A stretch of DNA of 64,000 bases from an uncultured Alphaproteobacteria bacterium (GTDB lineage: Bacteria > Pseudomonadota > Alphaproteobacteria > UBA7985 > CAJQQZ01). The notes under the pieces were generated by a model. It did no database searches, had not been told where the DNA came from, and was given only the letters and a program-made list of their open reading frames with translations. Shown in pieces: positions 62,312 through 64,000 of this stretch. The position numbers were made by a program, and so were the translations under genes. The stretch spans positions 305 to 64,304 of the forward strand of contig CAJQQZ010000031.1 of the NCBI GenBank assembly GCA_905480575.1, given 5' to 3'. How positions within the stretch are numbered: position 1 is the stretch's first letter; every line of letters starts with the position of its first letter.

Positions 62312-63808
62312 ATGAGTGAAGCTGTTAGCCACTTTATAGCAGGCGAAATGGTCCAAGGAACCTCTGGCCGTTTCAGTGACATCTATAACCCAGCGACCGG
62401 TCAAGTAACGGGGCAATGCCCCCTCGCATCGACCGAGGAAGTTAAGCTTGCTGTCCAAAAAGCGAAAGATGCTTTTCCAGCATGGGCAGCAACCCCGCCC
62501 GTTCGCCGTGCTCGTGTTATGTTCAAGTTTCTTGACCTTATTAATCAGAATGTTGAAAAACTTGCGACGCTGATTTCCAAAGAACATGGCAAAGTGCTGG
62601 AAGACGCAAAGGGCGAAGTCAGCCGCGCGATTGAAATCGTTGAATATGTTTGCGGTGTGCCAGAGCTGTTGAAGGGCGATTTCACTGAAAATGTGGCCAC
62701 TGGCATTGACGGTTGGTGCATGCGCCAGCCTTTGGGTGTTGTCGCCGGTATCACGCCGTTTAACTTCCCATGCATGGTGCCCTCTTGGATGTTCCCGATG
62801 GCGTTGGCTTGCGGTAACACCTTTATTCTTAAGCCATCAGAGCGTGACCCAAGCGCACCTTTGTTCATGGGTGAATTGTTGAAAGAAGCCGGTCTGCCAG
62901 ATGGTTGTTTCAGCGTAGTTCATGGCGACAAAAGCGCTGTGGATGACCTCCTTGAGCACCCTGATGTAGAAGCAATTTCTTTCGTTGGCTCTACTCCAAT
63001 CGCTCAGTATATTTATCAAACTGGTACGGCGAACGGTAAGCGGGTTCAGGCTCTCGGCGGTGCTAAGAACCATATGATCGTTATGCCAGATGCTGACATG
63101 GGCCAGGCAACAGATGCTCTGATGGGCGCTGGATTTGGTTCTGCAGGCGAACGTTGCATGGCGATTTCTGTCGCTGTCGCTGTTGGTGATGAGACTGCAG
63201 ACGAGCTAGTTTCTCGTTTGACCCCAAAGGTGCAATCACTTCGTATTGGGCCTTGGGATGATCCAGAGGCCGAGATGGGACCTGTGATCAACAAGATCGC
63301 TTATGATCGTATCAACCACTATATTGATGAAGGCGAAAAGGACGGAGCCGATCTCGTCGTTGATGGCCGTGGCACGAAACTCCAGGGCTATGAAGACGGT
63401 TACTTCGTTGGTGGAACGCTTTTCGATAAAGTGACCACTGATATGTCCATTTACAAAGATGAAATTTTTGGACCGGTTCTCTGTGTTGTTCGTGCACCCG
63501 ACTATCCTTCGGCGATCAAGATGGCGAGTGACCATGAGTTTGGTAATGGTACTGCTATTTTCACCCAAAACGGAGCCATCGCTCGTGAATTTGCCTCCAA
63601 TGTCAATGTTGGCATGATTGGTATCAATGTGCCAATTCCTGTGCCTGCATCTTGGCATTCATTTGGTGGCTGGAAGAAGTCTTTGTTTGGTGACATGCAT
63701 GTCAACGGTACAGAAGGTGTCCGCTTCTATACTCGCTTGAAAAACGTGACAGGTCGTTGGCCCGTTGGCCCGTCAACAGGGCACAACCTCATGTTCCCAA
63801 CAAACTAA
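62312..63808 (+). CDS. mmsA: CoA-acylating methylmalonate-semialdehyde dehydrogenase
   Basis: [41 protein letters not shown]. Confidence 0.94.
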   Translation: MSEAVSHFIAGEMVQGTSGRFSDIYNPATGQVTGQCPLASTEEVKLAVQKAKDAFPAWAATPPVRRARVMFKFLDLINQNVEKLATLISKEHGKVLEDAKGEVSRAIEIVEYVCGVPELLKGDFTENVATGIDGWCMRQPLGVVAGITPFNFPCMVPSWMFPMALACGNTFILKPSERDPSAPLFMGELLKEAGLPDGCFSVVHGDKSAVDDLLEHPDVEAISFVGSTPIAQYIYQTGTANGKRVQALGGAKNHMIVMPDADMGQATDALMGAGFGSAGERCMAISVAVAVGDETADELVSRLTPKVQSLRIGPWDDPEAEMGPVINKIAYDRINHYIDEGEKDGADLVVDGRGTKLQGYEDGYFVGGTLFDKVTTDMSIYKDEIFGPVLCVVRAPDYPSAIKMASDHEFGNGTAIFTQNGAIAREFASNVNVGMIGINVPIPVPASWHSFGGWKKSLFGDMHVNGTEGVRFYTRLKNVTGRWPVGPSTGHNLMFPTN

Positions 63809-63856
63809 AATTTGGACAGGTAGCGTTTGCGCTTGGCCAAGCTCTATTGATCTCGG

Positions 63857-63892
63857 AAAAGGCACGGCAAAAATATTTTGCTGTGCCTTTTT
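63857..63892. terminator. Rho-independent terminator (likely bidirectional) after mmsA
   Basis: AAAAGGCACGGCAAAA-ATA-TTTTGCTGTGCCTTTTT. Confidence 0.8.
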
Positions 63893-64000
63893 GCGTTTTG
63901 GAAGCAATGCAGCGATTTAGAAGATCAATGCTTTGAAAAGGTGACAGTTCCTACTGATTCTTGGCAGGTTTCCAAAGCGATAACAGCCAGTTGACGGACG

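Noticed and set aside
63925-64000. Possible 3' end of a minus-strand gene (...VRQLAVIALETCQESVGTVTFSKH*)
   Set aside because: Only about 24 codons visible; frame and identity cannot be supported

Overview
Chromosomal core region of a roughly 50% GC alphaproteobacterium (gene content and order resemble Rhodospirillales-like marine lineages; the taxon is inferred). It contains the conserved moeB-dut-coaBC-ubiB-ubiE / mutM-echA-rpsT-dnaA-dnaN-recF-gyrB block, a PBP1A, cobS/cobT/cobC-like genes, RegB/RegA, MmcB, ppdK-glyS-glyQ, tusA-HDAC-xseB-ispA-dxs-tlyA-rlmD, aroC-fabI, a pdxH homolog, ygfZ and mmsA. I found no rRNA, tRNA, CRISPR, IS or prophage. The best candidate for something new is a three-subunit cobalt-type nitrile hydratase/thiocyanate hydrolase-like operon (split beta subunit, scnBAC-like order, atypical pocket residue, no activator or amidase nearby). 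It is transcribed divergently from a type II haloacid dehalogenase across a spacer with two long hairpins. Other oddities: a PdxH homolog lacking its PLP-binding residues, an Ada lacking its Zn domain with tandem GCAA boxes upstream, a frameshifted ParE toxin, a secreted Kazal-type multi-loop inhibitor, a signal-less cephalosporin-acylase-like enzyme, dense GANTC clusters upstream of two envelope genes, and structured dnaA and dnaN leaders. All calls rest on motif recognition by eye; no searches were run.
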